DNA of 64,000 bases from Candidatus Buchananbacteria bacterium (GTDB lineage: Bacteria; Patescibacteriota; Patescibacteriia; Buchananbacterales; UBA6539). Both the position numbers and the translations under genes were made by a program. Shown one piece after another: positions 1-9,857 of the stretch; positions within the stretch are counted from its first letter, which is position 1; each line of letters starts with the position of its first letter. The stretch lies in NCBI GenBank assembly GCA_013359225.1, contig JABWCG010000002.1:113470-177469 (forward strand), in the 5' to 3' direction. The notes under the pieces are model-generated. The model made no database searches. It had not been told where the DNA came from and saw nothing but the letters and a program-made list of their open reading frames with translations.

Positions 1-732
1 TTCCGTCGCTTGGGCTATCAAAAACCGCCGAAGAATTGGGGAATTGTCTATGATAGCACTAATAAAAGGCCAGTGGGCCGGGCAATCGCCAGAATTTATG
101 ACAAGAAATATAATAAGTTGCTGGAAACCAGGGTTACTGACAGCAAGGGTCGTTACTCATTCTTAGTAAACAACAATGTCTATTATGTGACGGCTGAAAA
201 ATTAGGCTATAAGCAGGCTAAAACCTCTGACATTGATTTGTCTGAAAAGGGTAAAGATGCAGTGGTCGGAATGGATATTCCTTTGGAAAAGGGTCAGGGC
301 GTTACTGAAGCTCCGGCGCCAGAAATTAAACCAGCCGCACCGTTACCGGCTAAACCACCGGCCGACAAGGTTGGTTTGCCCGCCGTATCAGCTACTCAGC
401 CAACACACGAGGTTGATCAGCCGGTTTTGGATAGTGATGATATTTTCCAAAAGTTGAGCCATTTGGAAGTGGGTAGGGAATCCCTTGAGGAGCTGATTAA
501 GGCGAAAAAAGAGGTTGAACAAATTGAGGCGGAAGTTGAGGATCGCCAAGAAAATTTAGAACAGCTTGAAGAAAAAATTGATGATATTAAAGAAAATCTG
601 GAAGAAAAAATCGCCAAATTAAATCAGTCAAAAGATAATACGCCTAAACCGGCAACTACCACATCAGCGCCAAAGGCGCCCGAACCACCAAAACCTCAGT
701 CTGGTGGTGAAAAACCTAACATTTTTGGTTAA
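1..732 (+). CDS. Secreted or surface protein, partial at the 5' edge of the window. It has a carboxypeptidase-regulatory-like beta domain, a coiled-coil and a Pro-rich tail.
   Basis: The ORF is open to the window edge. The 'KGRYSF...VYYVTAEKLGYK' pattern fits the CarboxypepD_reg fold. An EEL/KE-rich heptad segment and a PAPEIKPAAPLPAKPP stretch follow. Confidence 0.45.
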   Translation, partial: FRRLGYQKPPKNWGIVYDSTNKRPVGRAIARIYDKKYNKLLETRVTDSKGRYSFLVNNNVYYVTAEKLGYKQAKTSDIDLSEKGKDAVVGMDIPLEKGQGVTEAPAPEIKPAAPLPAKPPADKVGLPAVSATQPTHEVDQPVLDSDDIFQKLSHLEVGRESLEELIKAKKEVEQIEAEVEDRQENLEQLEEKIDDIKENLEEKIAKLNQSKDNTPKPATTTSAPKAPEPPKPQSGGEKPNIFG

Positions 733-734
733 GT

Positions 735-1298
735 ATGTTTAAAGAGGAAAAACGTCAAGCCGTTCATATCTTACTTTTGGTTTTTGCTTTTAGTCTAAAA
801 TATTTAAATCGGACCACAGCGGCGTTGTTGTTGTTCGGATTTTTGTTAGTGGTGCTGTTTATTGTTCCCCGATTGCGTGGACGACATCATTTTTATCGCC
901 GGGAAGATAAAAAATATAGCCAGGGTGCGGTAAATTATTTTTTGGTGCTGTTGGTGTTGGTGTTAGTTTTTCCGTTTGAGGTAGTGGCTGCGAGTTGGGG
1001 GATTCTGGCATTGGGTGACGGCATGGCAACACTGGTCGGTAAAAATTTTAAAACCCAAGAGCTGGCCTGGAACAGGAATAAGAGCTATATCGGTAGTGTG
1101 GCATTTATACTGTTTGGAACAGTCGGCGCTTATGTTTTGTTGCGCTGGATGTCGCCTGATTTGACAACTTTGTTTGTGTTAGGGGTAAGTTTCAAGGCCG
1201 CGACGGTATCGGCTATCGTTGAAAGCCTGCCCTGGAAAATTGATGATAATATTTCCGTGCCCTTAGTTAGCGCTGTCGTTGTGTCCTGGCTTATTTAG
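735..1298 (+). CDS. Polytopic membrane protein of the CTP-dependent polyprenol (dolichol/phytol) kinase-like family
   Basis: It has several hydrophobic helices. The 'LALGDGMATLVGKNF' segment resembles the GDG(L/M)AxLVGK motif of the phytol/dolichol kinase and CdsA-like family. Confidence 0.4.
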   Translation: MFKEEKRQAVHILLLVFAFSLKYLNRTTAALLLFGFLLVVLFIVPRLRGRHHFYRREDKKYSQGAVNYFLVLLVLVLVFPFEVVAASWGILALGDGMATLVGKNFKTQELAWNRNKSYIGSVAFILFGTVGAYVLLRWMSPDLTTLFVLGVSFKAATVSAIVESLPWKIDDNISVPLVSAVVVSWLI

Positions 1299-1349
1299 TT
1301 CGACTGTTTTGGGGTTGAAAAAAATGCTAAAATCAGCTAAGCTATTTTT

Positions 1350-2735
1350 ATGTCAAAAAAGCAAATGAAAAACGAATTGATGGATAAAATTGTCTCTTTG
1401 ACCAAACAAAGAGGCTTTATTTTCCCATCCTCAGAAATTTACGGCGGCTTTGCCAATACGTTTGATTATGGTCCGCTTGGGGTTGAATTAAAAAACAACA
1501 TCAAGCGAAAGTGGTGGCGCCGATTTGTGCATGGTCGTGATGATGTCGTCGGTATTGACGCCTCATTGATTATGAATCCCCGGGTTTGGGAAGCTTCCGG
1601 GCACTTGAAAAATTTCACCGATCCGTTAGTTGATTGTAAAAAATGTAAGAAACGCTTCCGGGCCGATCATTTGCTGGCTGCTAAGGGCATTAAACCTGAT
1701 TTAGGAACAATGAAAGAGGTTCCTAAGGAGTTAAAAATTTGTCCGGAGTGTGGCGGAGAATTAACCGAAGTACGAAAATTCAACCTGATGTTTAAAACGT
1801 ATATTGGTCCGGTTGAAGACGACGGTGCTGTTGCATATTTGCGGCCGGAAACCGCTCAGGCAATGTTTGTTGATTTTAAAAATGTTGTCGATACGACTCG
1901 CGTTGGTTTTCCGTTTGGGATCGCCCAGGTTGGTCGGGCATTTCGCAATGAAATTACTCCCGGAAATTTTATATTTCGTACTCGAGAATTTGAACAAATG
2001 GAAATTGAATATTTTATTCAGGAAAAAGACTGGCAAAAATATTTTGAACATTGGTTGGATGAAATGAAAGCCTGGATTGAGGCGTTGGGTATTTCACAAA
2101 AAGACGTAGTGTATCGGGAAATTCCTAAAGATGAACTGGCACACTATTCAAAGCGGACAATTGATATTGATTTTAAATTTCCGTTTGGACAAGATGAGCT
2201 GTATGGCTTGGCCTATCGAACCGATTTTGATTTAAAGAATCACACCAACTCCAGCGGCCAGGATTTATCCTACACTGACCCAAAAACTTCTGAAAAATTT
2301 GTGCCACATGTGATTGAACCGACTTGGGGCGTGGATCGAACATTGTTGGCAGTGTTGGTCGCCGCCTATCATGAAGAAAAAGCGCCAACTGCCGATGGTA
2401 AAACCGAAACTCGGGTGGTGATGAAATTTCCAAAAGATTTGGCACCATATCAGATTGCGGTATTGCCGTTGTCTAAGAAAGAGGAATTATCGAAATTATC
2501 TAAGGAAATTTCCAAAACATTACGAAAATATTTTTCGGTTAATTACGACGAAACACAAAGTATCGGCCGCCGCTACCGCCGCCAAGATGAAATTGGTACC
2601 CCGTATTGTATTACGGTTGATTTTGACAGTTTGACTGATCAATCAGTGACAGTCCGTGATCGTGATTCAATGAAGCAGGATCGAATTAAGATTGCTCAAC
2701 TGGCAGAATATTTAAAGAATAAATTAGAATTATAA
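1350..2735 (+). CDS. glyQS: Glycine--tRNA ligase, class II, dimeric GlyQS type
   Basis: The N-terminus 'IVSLTKQRGFIFPSSEIYGGFANTFDYGPLGVELKNNIK...' is diagnostic for alpha2-type GlyRS. Class II aaRS motifs and a Zn-binding CxxC insertion are present. Confidence 0.9.
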   Translation: MSKKQMKNELMDKIVSLTKQRGFIFPSSEIYGGFANTFDYGPLGVELKNNIKRKWWRRFVHGRDDVVGIDASLIMNPRVWEASGHLKNFTDPLVDCKKCKKRFRADHLLAAKGIKPDLGTMKEVPKELKICPECGGELTEVRKFNLMFKTYIGPVEDDGAVAYLRPETAQAMFVDFKNVVDTTRVGFPFGIAQVGRAFRNEITPGNFIFRTREFEQMEIEYFIQEKDWQKYFEHWLDEMKAWIEALGISQKDVVYREIPKDELAHYSKRTIDIDFKFPFGQDELYGLAYRTDFDLKNHTNSSGQDLSYTDPKTSEKFVPHVIEPTWGVDRTLLAVLVAAYHEEKAPTADGKTETRVVMKFPKDLAPYQIAVLPLSKKEELSKLSKEISKTLRKYFSVNYDETQSIGRRYRRQDEIGTPYCITVDFDSLTDQSVTVRDRDSMKQDRIKIAQLAEYLKNKLEL

Positions 2736-2736
2736 C

Positions 2737-4005
2737 GTGCACCAAAGCAGTAAATTGAAAAATGGTTTGCGATTAATACTGGCACCGCTTACGGAAACAA
2801 AGGCGGTGACAGTTTTAGTATTGCTGCCGGTTGGTTCTCGCTATGAGACCAAAAAAATTAATGGCGTTTCGCATTTTGTTGAACATCTATTGTTTAAGGG
2901 TACGGCGAAGCGGCCGACTAGCCTAGACATTACCAAAGAGCTTGATGCTGTGGGCGCCGAGTATAATGCTTTTACCGGCAAAGATCATACTGGTTATTAC
3001 ATCAAGGTTGCGGCTGAACGCATTGAATTAGCGTTTGATATTTTATCCGACATGTTGTTTAATTCCACTTTTGACCAGGCGGAAATAGACAAAGAGCGGG
3101 GAGTGATTATTGAAGAAATCAATATGTATAACGACAATCCGCTGATTCATTTGGGTGGACTTTTCGAACAAACGATTTTTGGCAATCATCCGCTGGGTTG
3201 GTTGATTTCCGGCCCTAAGCAGGTGATAAAAACCGTTTCGCGCCAGCAGATTGTGGCTTACAAACAACAACATTATCAGCCGCATAATATTGTATTGACA
3301 GTGGCGGGTAATTTTAAGACTAACACCGTCAAGAGGCTGGCTAATCAATATTTTGGACTCGCATCAAAAACAAAAAACAAAAAAAGTTTCAAAAAAATTC
3401 AGATTAGACAATCTCAACCGCGGGTGAATATATTGTATAAGGATACGCAGCAGGTTCAGTTGGGGCTTGGTTTTCCGGCATTTGAGACGGCAAACCCCAA
3501 AATTTTTGCTTTATATGTTTTGGCGGTTATTTTGGGCGGCAATATGAGTTCCAGGTTGTTTATCAATGTTCGCGAGAAACACGGTTTGGCGTATTATATC
3601 AGAACTGATTTAAGCACTTATCACGATACGGGAAACTTTTTGGTCCAGGCCGGACTTGACCGCAAGCGGATTAAAGAAGCTCTTGTCCTAATTATTGCTG
3701 AACTTCAAGATATTAAGGCTAACGGTGTAACTCCGAAAGAATTGCGCGCCGCAAAAGATTTTTTAAAGGGTAAGCTGATTTTAGATCTAGAAGATTCTGA
3801 AAATATTGCTGATTGGTATGGCAAACAAGTTTTACTTTTAGGTAAAACATATACGCCGGCTGAGAGGCTGAAAAAGATTTCAGCGGTAAGTCTTTTCGAT
3901 GTTGCCACAGTGGCAAAAGAGATTTTTCAATCAAAACATTTTAATTTGGCAATGATTGGTCCGTTTAAGAATTCAGCTGAGTTTAAAAAACTGTTGAAAC
4001 TTTAA
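2737..4005 (+). CDS. M16 family (insulinase/pitrilysin-like) zinc peptidase
   Basis: It has the inverted zinc motif HFVEHLLFKGT (HxxEH). Its length and N-terminal domain architecture are typical of M16B peptidases. Confidence 0.8.
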   Translation: MHQSSKLKNGLRLILAPLTETKAVTVLVLLPVGSRYETKKINGVSHFVEHLLFKGTAKRPTSLDITKELDAVGAEYNAFTGKDHTGYYIKVAAERIELAFDILSDMLFNSTFDQAEIDKERGVIIEEINMYNDNPLIHLGGLFEQTIFGNHPLGWLISGPKQVIKTVSRQQIVAYKQQHYQPHNIVLTVAGNFKTNTVKRLANQYFGLASKTKNKKSFKKIQIRQSQPRVNILYKDTQQVQLGLGFPAFETANPKIFALYVLAVILGGNMSSRLFINVREKHGLAYYIRTDLSTYHDTGNFLVQAGLDRKRIKEALVLIIAELQDIKANGVTPKELRAAKDFLKGKLILDLEDSENIADWYGKQVLLLGKTYTPAERLKKISAVSLFDVATVAKEIFQSKHFNLAMIGPFKNSAEFKKLLKL

Positions 4006-4064
4006 CCTGTTGCTATATCAAAAAGACCCTTCGTGAAAACCAAAGGGTCTTTTTGATTGGACTG

Positions 4065-4535
4065 TCAGGTAAAAATAATCAGCGCCAAAAAAGTTAAAAG
4101 AAATATTGCCTGAATTGTCATGCCGGCTTTAAAAGGCACTGTCAGACCTTTTAAGGCGTAGTGCAGGTTCCAGTGGATCGAAAAATATTTTTCAAGCAAT
4201 TTAGTCTTGGTGAGAACATAAATGCCCTGGAGAAAGTCCGGCATAATTGTTCCGGCAACTGCGAAAAGCGCCACCCAAAAGTTTTGAATCTGCCCGGTTA
4301 AGTATAGGCTGGTGAGGCTGATAGTCATTACAATAACGTCAATGGCGGTTAACTTTTTTAGCAGTAAAACCTCATGCGCCGAAAACTTGAATTTTTCTTT
4401 TACCAGAGTGGTGTCTCCATGGGGGATCATATCAAGCAGGAAATGAGAAAAAAATCCCAGCACAAAAGCAAGGCCGATATTATTAGTTTGTTCGGCGATT
4501 AAAACTCCGGCGGCCGAGTGAACAGTAAGAAACAT
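4065..4535 (-). CDS. Membrane-bound metal-dependent hydrolase-like protein (YdjM/DUF457-like), tandem paralog 1
   Basis: 'HAAAGVLIA...SHFLLDMIPHGD' has conserved His/Asp residues inside the membrane helices. It is paralogous to the adjacent ORF. Confidence 0.4.
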   Translation of the reverse strand: MFLTVHSAAGVLIAEQTNNIGLAFVLGFFSHFLLDMIPHGDTTLVKEKFKFSAHEVLLLKKLTAIDVIVMTISLTSLYLTGQIQNFWVALFAVAGTIMPDFLQGIYVLTKTKLLEKYFSIHWNLHYALKGLTVPFKAGMTIQAIFLLTFLALIIFT

Positions 4536-5008
4536 TAGATCAGCGGTTTAATGATGACAATCAAAGCAATAAGCTGGGTGAGGTGCCCCAGAATAAAAGA
4601 GATATTTTTTTCCGGCGAGTAGTGGACAAGATGATGAAAGTCGTTGAATTTTTTAAGAAAACGGTTTTTGGGGAATAAGAAACTTGATGCCTGGAGAATG
4701 TCAGGTAGGATTGATCCAATTACCCCCCAGATAATCGGTCCGGTAATAAGGTGAATATTGTTAGTTAAAAGTGCCGCGACAATAATGACGGCAACACAGA
4801 TTTCAAAGTAGACTAGGGCGACGATTTTGTTAAAGTATTTTCTTCGTAATGTTTTGGCGTTGTGGCCTTTAGAATCGATATTGGCGTCGGCATGTGGCAT
4901 CATGTCCAGGAAAAAGTGGGAAATGAAGCCGACAATGAATGAAATCAGTGAGTGATTAATGGTGCTGCCAATTAAAACCCCGGCGGCAGCATGGATTGAC
5001 AAGTACAT
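4535..5008 (-). CDS. Membrane-bound metal-dependent hydrolase-like protein (YdjM/DUF457-like), tandem paralog 2
   Basis: 'HAAAGVLIG...SHFFLDMMPHAD' has the same architecture as its neighbour. Its stop overlaps the start of the downstream paralog. Confidence 0.4.
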   Translation of the reverse strand: MYLSIHAAAGVLIGSTINHSLISFIVGFISHFFLDMMPHADANIDSKGHNAKTLRRKYFNKIVALVYFEICVAVIIVAALLTNNIHLITGPIIWGVIGSILPDILQASSFLFPKNRFLKKFNDFHHLVHYSPEKNISFILGHLTQLIALIVIIKPLI

Positions 5009-5120
5009 AGTTTATTTTATTAGTCCTTTATTTGTCTTTGAATTAATTTTAACAAAAAAAAATTGACTTGAAAAGACAAACAAAAAACCCTTTAAACAAG
5101 AAAGGATTTTTTAATCTATC

Positions 5121-5196
5121 TGGTAGCGAGGGTGGGGATCGAACCCACGACCTAAGGGTTATGATTCCTTTGCTCTACCAACTGAGCTACCTCGCC
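5121..5196 (-). tRNA. tRNA-Met (anticodon CAU; elongator Met or possibly Ile2/lysidine type)
   Basis: The reverse complement reads GGCGAGGTAGCTCAGTTGGTAGAGC...T-CAT-AA...GGTTCGATCC...CTCGCTACCA. It has a cloverleaf, a TψC arm and an encoded CCA. Confidence 0.8.
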
Positions 5197-5213
5197 GTAT
5201 GTATAAGACACTT

Positions 5214-5288
5214 TGGTTGCGGGGGCGGGATTTGCACCCGCGACCTCCAGGTTATGGGCCTGGCGAGCTGCTACTGCTCTACCCCGCG
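5214..5288 (-). tRNA. Initiator tRNA-fMet (CAU)
   Basis: The reverse complement reads CGCGGGGTAGAGCAG...CCCATAACC...GGTGCAAATCCCGCCCCCGCAACCA. The C1 x A72 mismatch, the G:C pairs in the anticodon stem and the close match to E. coli tRNA-fMet support the call. Confidence 0.8.
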
Positions 5289-5299
5289 TCGGTTTGATT

Positions 5300-5340
5300 A
5301 CCTGGTTACTATATAGTAAATTGTCTCTACTGTCAACGTT
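5300..5340 (-). promoter_or_regulatory. Sigma70-like promoter for the tRNA-fMet/tRNA-Met pair
   Basis: On the minus strand: TTGACA, a 17-nt spacer, then TATAGT. It sits about 20 nt upstream of the mature 5' end of tRNA-fMet. Confidence 0.4.
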
Positions 5341-5345
5341 TAAAC

Positions 5346-5378
5346 ATATAAAAAAGCGACAAGCTGGTCAGCTGGTCG
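5346..5378 (-). terminator. Rho-independent terminator at the end of the RlpA-like gene
   Basis: On the minus strand a GCGACCAGCTGACCAGCTTGTCGC hairpin is followed by TTTTTTAT. Confidence 0.45.
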
Positions 5379-5733
5379 CCTGTGGCAGTACTTCGTACTG
5401 CAGCTGTGTTACCCCCTTGCGGGTAAAACCTAAAAATTCCGCTGCCGCTTTGGAGACGTCGAGGTCTCGGCCTTTAACAAAAGGACCGCGGTCGGTGATA
5501 GTGACGGTTAAGGTTTTACCGTTATCCGGATTGGTCAGTTTGACCGGTGTTCCGAATGGGAGATCTTTGTGGGCAGCCAGGTGCTTATCTCGACTGTTGA
5601 AGACGTCACCGTTTGCCATCTTGTTGCCAGGTAGGTTATACCAGCTAACGGTGAGAGTCGGTTTTTCCGACAATGGCGTCATTTGGGGGCCGACGATCAG
5701 ACTTACTGCCACGACAAAAATAGCACAGTTCAC
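5368..5733 (-). CDS. RlpA-like double-psi beta-barrel (septal ring lytic transglycosylase-like) secreted protein
   Basis: It has a signal peptide. 'GDVFNSRDKHLAAHKDLPFGTPVKLTNPDNGKTLTVTITDRGPFVKGRDLDVSKAAAEFLG' is the RlpA/DPBB signature. Confidence 0.7.
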   Translation of the reverse strand: MNCAIFVVAVSLIVGPQMTPLSEKPTLTVSWYNLPGNKMANGDVFNSRDKHLAAHKDLPFGTPVKLTNPDNGKTLTVTITDRGPFVKGRDLDVSKAAAEFLGFTRKGVTQLQYEVLPQATS

Positions 5734-5940
5734 TTTCTTTCCCTCTCATTTGAGCTTTAAGTAGATGAATAGCGCGACAAGGCCCACCCTTGTCTTTAGA
5801 GCCGTTCTTTTATTCAAAGCTGCAGTTTCCTAAAGAGCTAAGTTTTTATTATACACTTTTATTTCAGTCTGTCAAGAGTTTTTAATAAAAGAAGAAGAGT
5901 TTTTTAAAAAACTCTTCTTCTTTGTTTATTTTTTATTGTT

Positions 5941-6438
5941 TTAGAGTTGCTCTCGGTAGTAACCAATTGGTGTTGGATCAAATATTTTTCCATCTAAATA
6001 GTGGGAAACTGCATCAATAATATCGTGATCTCGCAGGACGCCGTCGGCTTTAAGCTTTTTAATTTCTTCAAGAGTAAACCAGCGGGCATCCATAATCTCT
6101 TCTGGATCAAGCTGGATATTTTCTGTAACTGGTTCGGCGGCAAAGATGAATTTAACGGCATGGACTGTCCGGCCGGTCCGGGCACTTTTTTTAATAAGGG
6201 AATAGACTCCAAGAAAACCGACAATTTTTATTTTTAGGCCTGTTTCTTCTTCTGCTTCTCGTTTAGCGCCATCAATGATATTTTCGTAAAGGTCAATCCA
6301 GCCTGCCGGATGATTCCAACTGCCTTTTTCAGCCACATTTTCTTGGACTAACAAAAAACGGTCGTCTTTTTTGATCAGACAACCACCGGCGATGAAGGGT
6401 TGGGTTACTACTCGGTTTTCTACTGGAACTTGTTCCAT
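5941..6438 (-). CDS. NUDIX hydrolase
   Basis: The Nudix box is GWIDLYENIIDGAKREAEEETGL. I moved the start to the internal Met (MEQVPVENR), which is preceded by GGTGAAAAAATT. The longer six-frame ORF would run through tRNA-Leu. Confidence 0.75.
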   Translation of the reverse strand: MEQVPVENRVVTQPFIAGGCLIKKDDRFLLVQENVAEKGSWNHPAGWIDLYENIIDGAKREAEEETGLKIKIVGFLGVYSLIKKSARTGRTVHAVKFIFAAEPVTENIQLDPEEIMDARWFTLEEIKKLKADGVLRDHDIIDAVSHYLDGKIFDPTPIGYYREQL

Positions 6439-6475
6439 AATTTTTTCACCCACCTTGCTTGATGGCAAGGCGAGA

Positions 6476-6561
6476 CTGGTGCCCGAGGAGAGACTCGAAC
6501 TCTCATGCCTTTCGGCACACGATTTTGAGTCGTGCGTGTATACCAATTTCACCACTCGGGC
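6476..6561 (-). tRNA. tRNA-Leu (anticodon CAA), long variable arm
   Basis: The reverse complement reads GCCCGAGTGGTGAAATTGGTA...ACGA-CT-CAA-AA-TCGT...(long variable arm)...GAGTTCGAGTCTCTCCTCGGGCACCA. Confidence 0.8.
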
Positions 6562-6636
6562 GTAATTACAACAAAGTCAATTATAATGCACTATTTTAAA
6601 ATTGTCAAAGGAGGTTTTTTCTACTATAATATAGTC

Positions 6637-7410
6637 ATGTCGCGCACCATTGCTATTGTTAATCAGAAGGGCGGAGTCGGCAAGACTACTACCGCTATCA
6701 ATTTGGGAGCTTATCTGGCCTGGCTGGGTAAGTTTGTTTTATTGGTTGACCTTGACCCGCAGGCTAATGCCACATCCGGCCTGGGACTTGATTTAAGTAA
6801 ATTAACCCAGGGTGTTTATAACACGCTGATTGAACCAATTTCATTTCGGGAGATTATTAAAGGCACGTCGCATCCGGGCTACAAGATTGCGCCGGCAACG
6901 GCTGACCTGGCTGGGGCGCGCGTTGAATTAGTTAATATGGATGAACGGGAATTTCGGCTTCGCCAGACCATGCTTGAAGTAAAACATGATTATGATTATA
7001 TCATCATTGATTGTCCGCCTTCGCTTGATTTACTGACCATTAACGGTTTGGTAGCGGCTGATGAAGTTGTAATCCCAGTTCAGGCTGAATATCTTGCTTT
7101 GGAAGGTTTAGGGCAACTGCTTGGCACGGTTGATTTGGTTAAAAATAATCTTAAGCCCGAGCTTAATGTTTTGGGCGCAGTAGTAACAATGTATGACAAA
7201 CGAAATAAGCTTTCGGCCCAGGTGGTTAATGAACTAAAAGAGCACTTTCCTTTTAAGCTTTTTAATACCATCGTTCCGCGTAATGTCCGCCTGACTGAAT
7301 CGCCCAGTTTTGGACAGACAATTTTATCATATGACAGCCGGTCAAGTGGTGCTAAAGCCTACGAAGATCTGGCGCGGGAAATTATTGAACAAGAAAATTA
7401 TCTTTATTAG
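6637..7410 (+). CDS. parA: Chromosome partitioning ATPase ParA/Soj
   Basis: It has the deviant Walker A motif 'IAIVNQKGGVGKTTTAINL'. A strong RBS (AAAGGAGG) sits before the ATG at 6637. The longer six-frame start is ignored. Confidence 0.9.
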   Translation: MSRTIAIVNQKGGVGKTTTAINLGAYLAWLGKFVLLVDLDPQANATSGLGLDLSKLTQGVYNTLIEPISFREIIKGTSHPGYKIAPATADLAGARVELVNMDEREFRLRQTMLEVKHDYDYIIIDCPPSLDLLTINGLVAADEVVIPVQAEYLALEGLGQLLGTVDLVKNNLKPELNVLGAVVTMYDKRNKLSAQVVNELKEHFPFKLFNTIVPRNVRLTESPSFGQTILSYDSRSSGAKAYEDLAREIIEQENYLY

Positions 7411-7412
7411 CT

Positions 7413-8279
7413 ATGAATAAAACTCAAGGATTAGGCAAAGGATTAAGTTCGCTTATTCCTCCCAAAATTGATCGAACCATCATGCCGTCAGGTTCGGAAG
7501 TGTTGCCGGGCGAAGAAACTGTTGTTCAGATGCCGATTGAAAAAGTTAAAGCTAACCCAATGCAGCCGCGGAGTAATTTTGACCATGAGGGCCTAGAAGA
7601 CCTAACTAATTCAATCCGAGAACACGGTATTTTGCAACCGCTAATTTTGACGCACGGCGATAATGGTACCTACCAGGTAATTGCCGGTGAGCGTCGTTTG
7701 CGCGCTTCACAAATTTTGGGGCTTAAAACTGTTCCATCAATTGTCCGTGATATTAAGGAACAACAGAAGCTGGAGCTGGCGTTGGTTGAAAATCTACAGC
7801 GTCGGGATTTAAACCCGATTGAAGAGGCGGTGGCATATCAACGCCTGATTGATGAGTTTAGTTTAACTCAAGAAGAAGTTGGCAAGCGGGTTGGTAAAAG
7901 CCGTTCAGTCATTACGAACGCATTGCGACTGTTAACACTGCCGTCAGAAATTCAGAAAGCCTTGATTAACAATAAAATAAATTACAGCACAGCCAGGGTT
8001 ATTGTTGGTTTGCCGCCTCAGGAGCGCTTGAAATTTTTTCAGAAGGTATTGCAGCAGGATTTGACGGTCCGGGCTGTTGAAAATCAGGCGCGTCAAGTCA
8101 CCGTGAAACGTCAGGCGCATAAAACTAAAGATCCTAATATCGCTACCCTTGAAGAGCGGATTGAATCATTGTTAGGGACGAAAGTAACAATTAAAAAATC
8201 AGGCGATGGCGGCCAGATTATTATTGACTATTATTCCCCAGAAGAGCTAGAAGGACTTATTGAAAAATTTGGTGATTAG
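7413..8279 (+). CDS. parB: Chromosome partitioning protein ParB/Spo0J
   Basis: It has the ParB box 'IAGERRLRAS' and an HTH. It lies immediately downstream of parA. Confidence 0.9.
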   Translation: MNKTQGLGKGLSSLIPPKIDRTIMPSGSEVLPGEETVVQMPIEKVKANPMQPRSNFDHEGLEDLTNSIREHGILQPLILTHGDNGTYQVIAGERRLRASQILGLKTVPSIVRDIKEQQKLELALVENLQRRDLNPIEEAVAYQRLIDEFSLTQEEVGKRVGKSRSVITNALRLLTLPSEIQKALINNKINYSTARVIVGLPPQERLKFFQKVLQQDLTVRAVENQARQVTVKRQAHKTKDPNIATLEERIESLLGTKVTIKKSGDGGQIIIDYYSPEELEGLIEKFGD

Positions 8280-9802
8280 TAGTTTTGGCTAGCAGACTTA
8301 ATTCTTCCTTTAGCGGCTCCGGTTTTAACAAATTGGAGCCAGTCTCGGCTGGGGCCCCTGCGATTTTTATCGGTGATGATATCAACGACATCACCGTTTT
8401 TTAATTTAGAGTCCAGACTGGCAATTTGATTATTAATTCTAGCACCGGCGCAGTGGTCGCCGATCCAGCTATGAACGTGGTACGCAAAATCAACCGGTGT
8501 CGCGCCTTCGGGCAGATCGATAACGTCACCCTTGGGTGTAAAAACAAAAATCCGGTTTTGGAAAAAATCAATCGTTAAAGATTGTAGGTACACTTCATTG
8601 TCTTGGATTTCTTTTTGCCATTTAACTAAATCTTCAATCCAGGTTAATTTTTTTGGCAACGTGTAGCCAGGGTCGCCGATTTTTTTATTTGTCTGGCGAC
8701 TTTCTTTTTCTTTGTATTGCCAGTGGGCGGCGATACCGTTTTCTGCCTGGTCGTGCATTGCCGGAGTACGAATTTGAAACTCTACAATTTTTCCTTCAGT
8801 ACAAAAGACAGTGGAATGTAGTGATTGATAGCCATTTGGTTTTGGTTGAGCAATATAATCTTTAATCCGGCCCGGCAATGGTTTCCATAATTTATGGATA
8901 ACTCCAAGTGCTTGGTAGCAGTCCTCAACTGTTGGTACAATGATTCGCAGTGCTACTAGGTCGTAAATTTTTGAAACGTCCCCATTGTAATGAGGTTTTT
9001 GTAGTTTAAGATAGAGACTGTAAAGCCGTTTCTGCCGCCCATGGATGGAAGTGGTTTTTATTTTTTGAGCCGCTAATTCTTTTTCAACGATTTTAATCAC
9101 CCGGTTAATGTATGCCATTTTCAGTTCAATTTTTGGCAAGATATCTTTTTTCATCCATTCATATTTTTGTGGGTAAACATAAGGAAAAGATAAATCTTCA
9201 AGTTCACCTTTAATTTGTCCCATACCGAGACGATTGGCGATTGGTGCATATATTTCTAGGCTTTCCTGGGCAATTCTTTTTTGTTTTTCTTTGGGCAGTG
9301 CTTCCAAGCTACGCAAGTTATCTAGGCGATCGGCCATTTTAATGAGAATAATACGAATATCTTGGGCCATTGAAATAAACATCTTTCGTAGATTCTCGGC
9401 ATATTTTTCCATTCCGCGGTATTTAATGATACCAAGCTTACTAATGCCGCCGACTAGTTTGGCAATATCTTCGCCGAAGTTTTTTTCCACTTCAACCAAG
9501 CTGTATGTTGTGTCTTCCGGAACGTCATGGAGCAGAGCGGCAATGACAGTGTCTTGGTCAAGGCCCAGTTTAGCAACGGTTATGGCAGTTCGCAGAGGAT
9601 GATTAATATAGGGCTCTCCCGACTTTCTATTTTGTGTCTTATGAGCTTCTTCGGCAAATTCATAAGCGAGTTTAATCAAGTCAAAATCATAATTGGCGGG
9701 CGCTCGTTTGAGATAAGGGAAAATAGGCACTCGGCTAGTGACTTTATGGTTTTCTTTAAGAATTCGAAATAGTTCTTCAATTGGTAATTTGTTGCTAGTC
9801 AT
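8276..9802 (-). CDS. rel: Small bifunctional (p)ppGpp synthetase/hydrolase of the Rel/SpoT family (HD, synthetase and TGS domains, no ACT domain)
   Basis: It has the HD motif 'HDVPEDT', the RelA_SpoT synthetase region and a TGS domain. I chose the start at [10 protein letters not shown]. Confidence 0.85.
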   Translation of the reverse strand: MTSNKLPIEELFRILKENHKVTSRVPIFPYLKRAPANYDFDLIKLAYEFAEEAHKTQNRKSGEPYINHPLRTAITVAKLGLDQDTVIAALLHDVPEDTTYSLVEVEKNFGEDIAKLVGGISKLGIIKYRGMEKYAENLRKMFISMAQDIRIILIKMADRLDNLRSLEALPKEKQKRIAQESLEIYAPIANRLGMGQIKGELEDLSFPYVYPQKYEWMKKDILPKIELKMAYINRVIKIVEKELAAQKIKTTSIHGRQKRLYSLYLKLQKPHYNGDVSKIYDLVALRIIVPTVEDCYQALGVIHKLWKPLPGRIKDYIAQPKPNGYQSLHSTVFCTEGKIVEFQIRTPAMHDQAENGIAAHWQYKEKESRQTNKKIGDPGYTLPKKLTWIEDLVKWQKEIQDNEVYLQSLTIDFFQNRIFVFTPKGDVIDLPEGATPVDFAYHVHSWIGDHCAGARINNQIASLDSKLKNGDVVDIITDKNRRGPSRDWLQFVKTGAAKGRIKSASQNY

Positions 9803-9857
9803 GGCATTTTTTAGTATAATAATTGTAAAGGAATTAGATATAAAAATCAATTTTTCT

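Noticed and set aside
5068-5764. ORFs 5068..5316 and 5213..5764 on the plus strand
   Set aside because: They overlap the two tRNA genes and the RlpA-like gene on the opposite strand, so they are spurious.
6532-6636. Longer N-terminal extension of parA (start at 6532) and of the NUDIX gene (start at 6555)
   Set aside because: The extensions would overlap tRNA-Leu and its flanks. Internal starts with proper RBSs (6637 and 6438) give canonical N-termini.
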